Below are positions 11,631 to 24,332 of a DNA stretch of 56,286 bases, piece by piece. A program made the position numbers and the translations under genes. The notes below the pieces were generated by a model, which made no database searches, was not told where the DNA came from, and saw nothing but the letters and a program-made list of their open reading frames with translations. Position 1 is the first letter of the stretch. The number at the start of each line of letters is the position of its first letter. The DNA comes from Girardia tigrina (taxonomy: Eukaryota): positions 1-56,286 of the forward strand of contig MQRK01216833.1 in the NCBI GenBank assembly GCA_001938485.1. Reading direction: 5' to 3'.

Positions 11631-12913
11631 AAGCGCTCAGTATTTTTTTCACACAATTCTCAGTATTTTTTTTATTTAAATTCTCAGTAAAAAGTACAAA
11701 ATCGCTCAGTAAAATAATAAAAAGCTATGTAAAAAAATACAAAATTCTAAGTAAAAAAATATAAAAAGCTAAGTAAAAGTATATAAAAGCTAAGTAAAAA
11801 ATAAAAAAACATTGTAAGTATTTATTATTGTGCAATCTATACCTTTTTAGCTTTTGTTCTTCGCCAATCGGGACATTCTTTGCAGCTGGAGATGATCTAC
11901 CTTTGCCAATTCGAATTGAAATACCAACATGTTTACAGATAAATTTTGGTAACAGTTGGGCAGTCACAAACTCCTTCTTCAGATAAGAATAGAAAATGAA
12001 ATAAATGAAAATAATATGAAAATGAAATATAATATTATTTATAATAATGATAACTATTTTAGCAGTTGATTAAAATGACATTGCAAATAGGGAATTCAGA
12101 ATACCGGATAAAAAAATAAATTATGAAATAGTAAAAAATGTTTTAAAAATTATTTATATATTTAAAGGTTTTTTTGTAAAAATAATTGAGTACAAATCGA
12201 ATAAGTAAATATGTTTCGTCTAATTTTTATTATTGTTTTGATTTTCTAAAATATTTTATTAATAATAAATTATTAAATAATAAAAACATTATTTGGATAT
12301 TTTCAATTCTTTATTTTTGCTAACACAAAACTTAAAATAAATTTCACTAAAGTTTCTCCCTAAATATGCATAGAAATTTATTTAGTAAAAAACCAGCTTA
12401 TTTAATTGTTAATTTAACCCACTTATTTGTGATTTTTCAGAAATAACGAGTGCAAATCTTGTATTTGGATACAAATTTGTAATTGTTAATTTTAATACCG
12501 GTTTTCAAACTTCCTAATACCGGTATTAGCGAAGTTAATACTGGTACTGCAAACCCTAATTGAAAATTAATTTATTGTTTTTTCGGTAGAACAAAGATGA
12601 AATTTATTTTTTTGACATTACTAATTTCCGATTTACTGATCGTTTTATTAAAAATAACATATATATTTTTTTAATATACCGATACTTTTGATTTTTTCAC
12701 TTAGATTTATTTTATTTTACTGAAATATCTATTATTATACATAGCATATTTTTTATTGACTGAGCGACCAATTGTTATACTGAGAATATATTAATTTACT
12801 AAGAGGATGATTATTATACATAGGATTCGTTTATTTTACTGAGCGTTTAAAATAAAATACTAATAAATGTGTGAAAAAAATACTGAACGTTTATGTAAAA
12901 ATACTGAGCGTTT
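11631..12913 (-). mobile_element. Foldback-type MULE/Mutator derivative: long inverted arms built of ~20-bp subrepeats around a SWIM-finger relic
   Basis: CGCTCAGTATTTTTTTCACACA at ~11634 is inverted at ~12868-12889. CT(C/A)AGTAAAA subrepeats run 11635-11800 and inverted 12690-12913. The centre (11841-11980, minus) reads EEGVCDCP/KFICKHVGISIR..PAAKNVPIGE, a CxC..CxH SWIM motif plus tail typical of MULE-associated proteins. Confidence 0.7.
12088..12558. mobile_element. hAT-type MITE nested in the foldback element
   Basis: Termini TAGGG and CCCTA, AATACCGG subterminal motifs, and an 8-bp TSD ATTGCAAA (12080-87) / ATTGAAAA (12559-66), 7/8 identical. Confidence 0.75.
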
Positions 12914-13980
12914 AAATAAATGCATTTTATTAATATGAAATGGTCATACTCTACGTTCTATACTCTAAGTTCTGTTGATAGCATTTTTGGTTTCATTTTT
13001 AATCATCGAAATTTTTAACCATCGAAAATGTCATCGAAATTAAATTCTCTCAACTTGTTTCCTTTGATGCACAATAAACATAGTAATGAGAGTATTTCTT
13101 GTACTATCCTTCATATACTTTTTTGAGAAAAGGATCTTTCTTCTAAACATTTTTTATCATAAGACTGAGAAATATACAGAATTACTTTTACTTTTGGGAA
13201 ATCAGATTGTAAGACATCTTTTGCACTTAATTTGTAAATATGATGGAGAAGATTGTTCAACATTAGTGATACTGACGTTACCTGCCCTAATTCTAATTTT
13301 ACTTAGATAATTAACTAATCTTATCACTGAAATTACGACTACTATCAATATCGTCTGAACGTACTTCAATTCCAAATTTATCCTTGTCCTGTCGTTCCTT
13401 CGGAAGTAAAAGTTTTTTTATTATTCTTATAGGTGAGTTTAGTCACTAATATTTACTGCTGGAGAATTTATGATTGAAATAAAGGATTTTATATGAAATA
13501 TCTCCAGTGCATCTTTATCTAAAGTAGTGATACTGTTCTTCCTGCAGTGTACTTTTCCAACCGTTTGCTTCTTGATTTAGTTTTAAATCGGAAGACAATA
13601 ATCACAGCTTTCATTAGACCTAGAGATTTTTTACGTTGCCGACATAATTTAAAAGGGAACTGCACAATGGTGCCGCTGTCATTAGCAATACATTTTGTTG
13701 CTACATTTAATCTTTTTAGAATCATTTCAAAATTTAATCGCAGTTTTAATATCTCACGATGTTATTTAGTTACCCTGTACCAGTACCACCTGGAGAGCAT
13801 TTCTCTGAGCTGCCACCTCCGGATGGTTCGTCCAGAACAATACATATATAAATATATATAATTATATTATAGTATAAATTCAAATAATTAAATAATAATA
13901 ATTTTAAATAATCTCTAGAAAGGCATTTTATTTCGCGAAAATTCATATTTTTAACACTGACTATTCTCATTTATTTACAG

Positions 13981-15076
13981 ATGAACGAAATTTCGGCACG
14001 ACGTCCTCTTCAGGAGAGAATTAAAATAGTATTCCTCTGCGCACAATTCCAGAATTATGAACATGTAAGAAGACATGTTTTTCATTTTACTACAATCAAG
14101 GCTATGTTTTAGCGATTTCAGCAGACTGGAAGCGTTGAAGATCTCACCAGTTCAAAGGCGACCAGCTACATCTACAACGCCTGGATGTCTCAAACAAGTT
14201 CAAAAGTTGGTCACCGCAGATCCTTCAATGTATGTATCTCGTGGTACAACCGCTTTTGACCTTCCACGAAAGAGCTACCCCCACCTGCTTGTGAAATTTA
14301 GTCTTAAACCCTACCGTCCGCAGCAGGTGCCAATGCTCAGCGATTGAGACTTTGATAGGCGAGAAGATTTTTCCAAAATGATTGTGGAGAGATTCAACAT
14401 TAACCATCACTTAATTAACCATATAATGTGGACAGACGAATTTTTGTTTCATCTATCTGGAGCAGTGTCACAACACAACAATGTTCAGTTGGGTCCAAAG
14501 AATCCAAACTCCCAAGAGCAGATTCTAAACTCTGTCAGGAGAATTATGATGTGGGGTGGAGTAACTTCGGCGGATGTCTTGGGACTTTACTTCTTTGATG
14601 GCCCAATCAATGTTGATGCCTATTTACAGCTGCTGCGAACAATTGTGTGGCCTTAAGCTTCAGTACGCAACTGACTCTACCAACAGTTTCCTCAGCGATG
14701 AATAGGTAGATATGGATCCAATGAAGTGGCCTCCTCATTCGCCTGACTTAATTGTGTGTGATTACTTCCTCTGAGGTTACCTGAAGGAACATGAGTACCG
14801 CACAAGGCCTGCTACCATTGCTGAGGTCAGAGACAAGATCGTGTGTAGCATTAAAGAAATACCACAAGACATTGTCAAAAGAGGATGCCATGCAGCATAT
14901 GAGAGGTTTGAATAGTGCACCGCCTTGCAGGGAAAACATCTGCAAATGTGATTCCATTAAGAATACTCTCTTTATGTTGGCAGATACAGCTGTACCGTTA
15001 ACTTTTTAACATTCTCTTTTATTTTGTCTGATATGTATACAAAATAATTTCCTCCCATTACTTTTGAAACACCCTA
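13981..15076 (+). mobile_element. Decayed ITm (DD37D/DD41D-like) element with 3' TIR
   Basis: ATG at 13981 (MNEISARRPLQERIKIV), then KPYRPQQV, IMWTDEFLFHLSG, MMWGGVT..GLYFFDGPIN and KWPPHSPDLIVCDYFL*GYLK. The 3' end CTTTTGAAACACCCT(A) is followed by TA. The 5' TIR was not found. Confidence 0.88.
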
Positions 15077-15086
15077 TATATAATTA

Positions 15087-15884
15087 CAGGGTTATCATAA
15101 AGTAACTAGAGTTTTAAAACCACTTTAATATTTCGTAGAAATAGTGGAAAACACAAAACAAATTGAAAAATGTATTCAGTTATATTTCGGATTTATNNNN
15201 NNNNNNNNNNNNNNNNNNNNNNNNNNNNNNNNNNNNNNNNNNNNNNNNNNNNNNNNNNNNNNNNNNNNNNNNNNNNNNNNNNNNNNNNNNNNNNNNNNNN
15301 NNNNNNNNNNNNNNNNNNNNNNNNNNNNNNNNNNNNNNNNNNNNNNNNNNNNNNNNNNNNNNNNNNNNNNNNNNNNNNNNNNNNNNNNNNNNNNNNNNNN
15401 NNNNNNNNNNNNNNNNNNNNNNNNNNNNNNNNNNNNNNNNNNNNNNNNNNNNNNNNNNNNNNNNNNNNNNNNNNNNNNNNNNNNNNNNNNNNNNNNNNNN
15501 NNNNNNNNNNNNNNNNNNNNNNNNNNNNNNNNNNNNNNNNNNNNNNNNNNNNNNNNNNNNNNNNNNNNNNNNNNNNNNNNNNNNNNNNNNNNNNNNNNNN
15601 NNNNNNNNNNNNNNNNNNNNNNNNNNNNNNNNNNNNNNNNNNNNNNNNNNNNNNNNNNNNNNNNNNNNNNNNNNNNNNNNNNNNNNNNNNNNNNNNNNNN
15701 NNNNNNNNNNNNNNNNNNNNNNNNNNNNNNNNNNNNNNNNNNNNNNNNNNNNNNNNNNNNNNNNNNNNNNNNACATAAATCCGAAATATAACTGAATACA
15801 TTTTTCAATTTGTTTTGTGTTTTCCACTATTTCTACGAAATATTAAAGTGGTTTTAAAACTCTAGTTACTTTATGATAACCCTG
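15087..15884. mobile_element. Tc1/mariner-type MITE or element with long perfect TIRs; interior is an assembly gap
   Basis: 15087-15196 (CAGGGTTATCATAAAGTAAC..) is the exact reverse complement of ~15775-15884. TA TSDs at 15085-86 and 15885-86. Confidence 0.9.
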
Positions 15885-18800
15885 TATTTTCGACGAATAA
15901 TTCCAAAATAATAATTTTACCTAGCAATTCTGATGATAATAATTTCGCTGAGCAATACTTGAATACAGTAATTTAATTAAACTGTTATAGTTCAACAGAA
16001 TTTTATTAAATAATTTTATATTTAAGGCAGTATATTTGAGAATTTAGAGCATAAATTATTTTCTTCCAAGTTCACTTTTACTTTAATGTAATAATTATAA
16101 AACACCAGGATCGGATTTGGTCCCTAATTGTCTAACCTGCTAAATGCGTCTTATCCCTTTCAAACTTGGGATAATATAATATTTCAAAACATTAACCATA
16201 CAATACTGCATTATTCGAAATAGCGTGCTGCTCCAGGGAGTATCAGATGGTTTATTAGTTTGACTTTGTCTCCACGACTTTGCCGCAGAATTATTCAATG
16301 ATGAGTTGAAGCAAAAATACAGTTTTTGAATACCTTCAGTTGAATTATCAAGAATTTTTAGAGGATACAATACATTTTATGATATTTAAGTAATCGTCAT
16401 TTTAATATTTAAGCTCCTACTCTAATACTAATTTGGTCTGGAGATGGCAAAGAAAAATTCATCAAAATAAGTAACATCAAGAAATTTCGAAAAATTGCGC
16501 TCCGATTATATTTTTCCTTAAACATTTTGTTTATATGTTAATATTATGAAAATATAATAAATATTATGAAATATTATAAAAAATATAATAAAATAATTAT
16601 TAAAAAAATATAATAATATTTAATTTGTAATTGTAGCAAAAAAATAATATCATTTTTTTCAAAAATATTCAATCCAGAAGATTAGAAAAAACAAGATAAA
16701 ATACAAAACATATGAATAATAAACAGATTTGGCAATCAACTCTTCCAACAGAGACAATTTCAACAATTGAAGCACGTACTATTTGCGATAAATAGAGTAA
16801 GAAACAAATAAAGAAGAGATTATCAAATAAAGAATTGATGATTTTTTTTTCATCTGGAAAACGTTTCGTAAGAACTTATAGTTATTTAATTAAACAATTA
16901 AAGTTTTGATTTATTAAATACTGCTAAAATCAACAAAAAGTTTATCAAAACAAATGTTTGATAAAAGAAAGCAGCGTCTAATTTCATAACGTTTATAAAA
17001 TATAATTTACCAAATAAAACGTTTTAAATTTGATTAAAAGAAATTAAGGAGAAAAAAATAATCCGTCTAAATATTTTTAATAATTATTAATAATTATTAT
17101 TTTATTTTTTAAATTTTTTTTAGGAATTTTTTGTTCGTTTACGGTTTTTGATTTTTAAAATAAAATGACATTATTGAAGATAATTTGGATTTTATGAACA
17201 ATCTATTATTTTACGATTAAATGAATTTATCGTTTTGTTATTCCTGAAAATTGAAAACCTTTTTTGTTTTATATGTATAATATCATCTATTTATTGCATG
17301 TTTTTCATTAATATCTTTCTTTTGAAGAAGAGTAATTGAAGCAATAACTACAGAAGATGAAACATGATCTCAATCTTCTATTCTGCTGTTAATGGAAAAT
17401 CTTAGAATAATAGACACTGTTTTTTTTCTGAAAAGAAAAGAAAGGACAAAACATTTTTGAAAAAAAAGCATCAGTGGAGAATGGAAATAAATTAGTATTT
17501 GAAAATTTTCGAAGGAATTTTTCATCCTTTTATAATTTATCATTCAATTGAATGAGATATCTTTTTTTTCTTTTTTTCTTTAGTTATATTATCAAATCTC
17601 ATTTTCTCATGCCAAAAATTATAGAAGAAAGCTTTCTTTTTTTAATTAATATTCGTAGAAAATATTTCAAATGATATTTTTTTCAGTTTTTCTTTTCATG
17701 TTTCTTTAATTGCATTTTTACAGGTTGTGATATTTTAAGGTTTTTTTTCTATTTTTTATAAAAATTATATTTAATAGATGGCGAAAATTTTTTAAAAAAA
17801 TAATATTAAAATTAAAAATTTTATATAACTATTTTTTTCTTTTTTTTGAATTTATATTTTTATTTAAATTATTTGTTTTTTTATCATTTTATTGATTTAA
17901 TTATTATTATATTTTTTAAATAATTAAGAAATTTTCAAAAACTTTCTTCTATTATTTGTTTTATTTATTTTTATCTGGAAATCTTTAAAACGTATTCATC
18001 AAAACAAAGAATAATTGAATGAATATAAAACGAAAACAAATTGAAAAATAAATTAAATATTAAAATAATATAATATTTCTCTTAATCGAATTTAATATCA
18101 GAATATAAATATCCGTTAAAAACAAATTGTGAAATTTATTTTCCAACAAAAAAAAGACAAAAATATTTTCTTCTCAGAAATTTGGTGTGAAATCTACAAA
18201 TATGAAAAAGCTTTTCTTCAACTGTTTGCAAGAAATTTAGAATTTGAAGTTGAAAATTAAAAAAAAGAATTAGTGAATTATTTTTTCTTTTTGTTGAATT
18301 ATTTTTATGTTTTCTTACTAAGGTGGTGTTCTGGGAAAAACGATTGGTGGTTGTTGTTTTATTCCAGAAAATAAGAGGAGGAAAAAGTAATGGTGATTTT
18401 CGAAATAGTATTTAATGACGAATATATTTTCTTAAATGATAAAATCTTTAACAAAAATTTTATTTTTTTATTTCTGCTCATTTGAGATTATTGGGAAAAT
18501 TCGTTAACATGAAGAATTTCAAAGACGTTTTTTTGGTTTCAGAAAGATGATGCTGAAAGAAGATAGACTTGTAGTCTTAGGGAAGGATAAACTATAGAAA
18601 GTCTTTTAGAAGACTGTTGAAAATGAAGGAACGGGTGTTATTAAAAAATAGAAATTTTTATATTTTCGGTTAAAAAATAAGTTAAAGATATTTAAAAGAA
18701 GGAACAACTGCGATTAACATATCTTGAGGTAAAGATTTAACTGAAATTTCAAAAGACTCCGATGAATAAACAACTGGATCTAAAGTCTTACAAAAATGTT

Positions 18801-21800
18801 TTAACATGAAATTGAAATAGAAATTTGACATCCAAAGGAAAATATTAATTAAAGAAAATCTAAGATTTTTTTGTGATAAATCGATAAAATGAGGCAGAAT
18901 TCATGAAGAAAAAATTATTAAAATTGCTGGAGTTTATGTATACAATAATGATAGATATCAATATTCGAGAATAGAGAAAGAAACCGATAAACGAAGACAA
19001 ACCGAATTAATAAACCCCAATGTAAATATTATTATTAATAGTAATATTACAATCATTTTTTTATATTTCATTATTTAATAGTAAAAATATTTAAAGAAAT
19101 AATTATTAATAATTTAATAATAATAATAAAAATTCTATAAAAAATATAAATAAATAATAATTCTAATTAGAAATTATAAAAAATGATTTTTTTGTTTTAA
19201 TAATCATTATTATTTATATTTTTATAATCTTAAGTTATCAATTTTATGGTTCATTAATTTGTACAATAAAAATGGTTGTAAAAAGAAAATTTTTATAATT
19301 GAAAATATTTAATTAAAAACTAAAAAAAATAAGTTTCTACAAGCAACCCGTTTTTTTTCTTAGTTTTCAACAAAAAAAATTGTTTTTTTTTAATAAAATT
19401 GTTTACCAATGAAATACAATTTGAATAATAAAATCTAAATTTTTTTGTGATTTTTCTTATAAAAATTTCAATTGTATGTATGGAGGAATAGTGAGCGATT
19501 TAGAATTTTTCGAATTGAACATATGAAAAGCTAGAGAGTGGAAAGAAGGGAACAACATGTAATTGTGATGTATTATTCGATTTTTTCTTTTTTTGCAACA
19601 AACCAGTCTACACGGCTTAATACGATAATTTTTTCTGGCTTAAAAATTGTTATTTCAAAATGTTGTATTCTTGTAATTTTGCTATTTAAGTTTTTTTTTC
19701 TGCATAAGAAAATTACGATGCCAAAAAATGGTGGAAGAAATTCCAAGAAATAATGAACTGTTCTCATCTAATTTTAGCATTCCATTAGCCATTCAAGTAC
19801 TTTTACATGCGAATCGTTTTCCGAATATTTAGAATTTTATATTTTTTTATTATATATCAATATAAAGACAAGTTATACGCAAAAAATATTTTATATTAAT
19901 ATATTTTTATAATATATATACATATGTAAATATATATGCATATATGTATCAGAAAAAGAAAAATAAATTTTAGAAAAATAAACGAAATTTTTTTCAGTTT
20001 TTTTTATAAAATTTTTAATATTAGAAGAAATTCATAAATTCAAAACACGAACTTTTTTTCTCTATTTAAAAGTTGAAAAAAATGTTTTTTTTTCTTTTAA
20101 ACTTGGCATTATATATATTATTAATTTTCTTATTACTGGTATTATCATTATTATTATTTATTATTATCGATAATAATTTAAAAAATCATTCATATATACA
20201 AAAAAATAATTTAATTATATAGATAAACTAACGATGTCTCAATTTAACTAAAAAGTAATTTATTATCTGACTTGATTTTTAATTACGTTTTTTTTATTCT
20301 AATTATTCTTTTATTCTACAAAAAAACTTTTTCTTCTTAAATACGAGAATAACAACTGTTTTGTTTTTCAAACCACAGCTGTAGCACAAAAATAATTTTT
20401 TTATATTTCTGGAACGTTTTTTTTCTCCTTTTCAGCAGTTAAAATTTTTCGATTAAAACAAAAATAAATAAATAAATCTTAGAATAGGAAAAAGAAAGAT
20501 TATTGGGTAAAAAATGGAAATATTTATTAATATGGATTGATGAAGTTAATATTATTTGGAATTTGATAAATTAAAACAGTATGAGACAATTAATAAACAC
20601 TTTACGCATGAATAATTTTTTTTTAAAAAAAATAAAATAATCAGAAAAAAATATTTATTTTTGTAATTTCTTTTTTTTGCTTTTTGATATATATTTTTTG
20701 GGTTTTTCTTTAAATTTCTTTTGTTTGTAATTAGTTTTTTTAGGTGTTTTCAGAGAATTAGACTAAAACTAGTTTGTGTGTTGCAATAAATTGTTTGGAA
20801 AACATTTTTTTTGGAATTGTCTTTAAATTTATGTTCTGTCCTTTAACAAATCCATAAAAAATCTATTTCCTATGAATAATTTCCTTTTTTAAATATTATT
20901 TTAGACATTTGTGTTATTAGTATTTCTTTATTGATTTTTTTTTAATTTATTTATTTTCTTAATTAATTAATTATTCATGTTTATATATTTTTTTGAAAAG
21001 TAATTTTAATAAAGCTTTTTTAAGAAATTATTTATTGAAAATGTTTTGGAACTTCATTTTCAATCGTCATCAAGTATTGTGTAATGTGTAAGATAATTAA
21101 TAATTAATTAATTAATTAATAAAATGTTAATTATACTGAGATTTTATCTGTAAATATTATTTGTTTAGGATTTTATTGAATATTTATGGCAAAAAGTTTT
21201 TATTTATTTTAATTAAAGATTTTAGGGACCAAAGGAAAAAAATATTGAAAAGCACAAACAAATACTCAAAATACCAGAGTATTTGCAAGAATATATATAT
21301 ATATTGTCAAAGTGCTCTTAATAAAGTTCAAAGGAATTCGTTTAAAAATTTAATTGATATTGGTGTAAAAACTCGTAAATTGGAGAGACAAATCGACATC
21401 TCAAAATCAGGATTAGTGAGCATTCACAATCAAGTCGATTAAGTAAGGTTCTTGATTTTTGGAACCCTTGTAGAAATAGAATCTCTTCTATTTCAAAGGA
21501 TGTGTTTTCTGTTTTACTGAAGGGTTTCAATTCACATTAAGAGTCACAGTTCTGTGAATCATTATTGATAGAACATTATATGTTGTTAATAAACATTCAA
21601 AATGGGCAAACTAAGACCGTCACAATTTTTAAATCCTAAATTAAAATAAGCTTTAAAAAATTGCTATTAATATCCAAAAAAATGTAAAAAAAAATTATAT
21701 TTACGGATAAAATCTCAGAATAATTAGCATTTTATTATTTTGCACATTACATTATAATTGATGAAGATGGAAAATGAAGTTCCAAAACATTTTCAATAAT

Positions 21801-23747
21801 TAATTTCTTAAAAATCTTTAACAAAATTATATTAAAAATTTATATATATATATATATATATATTTAATATTTAATATTTAAAAAATTATCAAACATATTT
21901 TATTTGTTATTAAGAAATTGATATTTAATATTATTTTATTGGAATTGATAAATATTTGGCATTTTTAATAAATAAAGGAATAAATTAAATTGAAAAAAAT
22001 ATTACATTTTTTGAAATTGAATAATGTGAATTTCTATCATTAAATCATTATAAAGTATAAAAATCATATTTTTTATTAATAAATTTCATTTTGGAATCAA
22101 AAAAGGAAACGTTTGAAATTTTATTCTTGGATTAATAATTGTATTTGTTAAAAAATTATAATAATTTATGTTATTAAATGAAAAATAAAAAACAAACCAA
22201 TAAATATCACAAATAAAAATAAATATAAATTTATTATTTTTTTTCATTATTTATTCATAAATTAATCATATTTAATTTTAATTAATAAAAAATTGAAATT
22301 TGTTGAATTATTTTTGCACAAAATATTTGGTTGAAATTTTTAAAATTAACATGATAAGATAAATTGGTTATGATTAAATTAAAAAGGAAAAATTGAAGGA
22401 AATAAACGAAACCGGAAGTTAATTTTCTTGATAAAAGAAGGCATAAAAATAATGTAAAATCAATGTAACCAACTTTCGCAATTTAATAATAGGAAAAGAA
22501 ATGTTTGAAAAAAAAATTTTTTATTGTTTTTTGTTTTGAATTTATCCAAAATCAAGATTCATTTTTTTAATATTAAATCTATACGTCTTATATTTTTTTG
22601 CTTTTCAATACATTGTCAAATATAATAAATAAAAGGAAACAAATTTTTTCCTTAGAAAAATCGGGATAAATTGAGAGTTTGAATTATATAAAGTCCCATA
22701 ACATAAATTGAAAATGAGAAAATTTTGTGAAAAATTTATTACTGCCGCCTGTTTGGTGAGAGATTTTTTTTATATTTTTTAAATATTATTTGGCCGGCAA
22801 AATTGTGATGCGTTTTTTCTTCTTTCTTTCAATAGTAAATGTTGTATCAGTTTCTTATAGATTAAATATGAATAAAGAAAACCGAAAAAAATTAATTTGG
22901 GTTTTTTTCTTGTTTTGTTTTCGCAAAAATATTATCAAATGATTTCTTTTTTCCTATCTCTTATTTTGATTTTTTTTCATATGAAATTCATTTTTTTCGT
23001 CAAAGAAAAATAAAATAAATTTTATTATTAATATAAAATTTAGGACATATTTAATATAAATGTCAGAGATTTTATTTTATTTTATTTTAGATTTATTTTA
23101 AAAAATTTTTACTCATTTGAATTTTTTGTTTTATTGACTAAGAATCAATTATTGATTAATTTCATATGAAAATATTGGGAAATTTATCTTTGAAATTTAT
23201 CCAATTAAAATGGCATCAACTGTTACTTCCCTATTAATTCACTAATAAATTTTTAACTGATTTTTTGAATTTTCTTTTGAATAATCATTGTAGAAGAAAA
23301 ATCTTTTTTCTCTATTAGAATGAATGAAATTTTTCAAAAAAAATTATTTTTTTTTCTAACAATAAATTAAAATTAAAAGAATTTAATATCATAATTGAGA
23401 GTTTGCAGAAGATGTGAAAATTAATTGTAAATTAATAATTTTAATTTAATTTTCCATTTATGCTTTTTTTCTGTTTTTTTCCTCTTTATAATAGTTGAAA
23501 AATTGTTTTAAAATTTGCTTTTTCTTTTGTTTTTGTTGTTATTATTGTTTTGTTTTTCAAAAATTGAAAAATTGAAGTGATATTTTGTAAATAGTGCATG
23601 AAGAATAAAAATAGAAAATAAATCATTTTCATATAAATTTTAGGAATAAATAACCAGTTTTAAAGAATGATGTTAACCACAGTTGAAAAATCAACTTTTT
23701 GATGTTTTTTCAATAAATGAAGATCTAGTGTTCTTTTAACTTTTTAA

Positions 23748-23816
23748 CCCTTTTGAGACTCTCAGTACATATATGTACCACTAAATTAAACAGAATTAAA
23801 AACTATCTCGAAGGGG
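23748..23816. mobile_element. 69-bp piggyBac-like miniature element
   Basis: TTAA-CCCTTTTGAGA..TCTCGAAGGGG-TTAA (TIR 9/11 identical), with internal palindrome GTACATATATGTAC. Confidence 0.7.
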
Positions 23817-24332
23817 TTAATGGGGTTTATCTCAAAAGTAAAAGGTTTCTCATATAATTTCTTTATCATGTTTTATTGCTTTATATTTTAAATATTCAAT
23901 ATTTGATAGAAGACTTTATTTGTACACAATGATTTGAAAAAATCTTATATGTTCATGATCTTTTGATGTAAAGTCATATGGGAATACGTAGAGTGATATT
24001 GACCAACATCTCAACTTAAATAACGTAAATTGTTCAAACATCAAAAAATGATTACTTCGAAAAAAATACATTTCTTTACACTCAATCGACCCTTGAATGA
24101 ATTGGTCACATTCGTTGTACTTAAAGTATATTCTAATGAAGGATGTTATACAAATGTTGTAGAAAGTGGAAATTTTTTATATTAAACTTATATAACTAAA
24201 CATTTGTCGAAAAAAATAACGGACCCATCATAATTTTGCAAATTTGAGATCTCCCCACTTTATTTCTCTCAAAGTACGTTCATAACTAATTAAATAAATT
24301 ATCCTAAGGTATTAAGAGCGGATGCTTTAATA

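Noticed and set aside
11635-11800. Periodic ~20-bp repeats resembling a CRISPR-like array
   Set aside because: Degenerate AT-rich subrepeats without unique spacers, mirrored in an inverted arm, in eukaryotic DNA with no cas genes.
15144-15827. Six long ORFs of 202-215 aa
   Set aside because: They are open only because of the N gap, and the mirrored peptides come from the inverted repeat.
16140-16370. 76-aa minus-strand ORF in a slightly GC-richer patch
   Set aside because: Non-ATG start and no recognisable motif or splice context; possibly an unidentifiable repeat relic.
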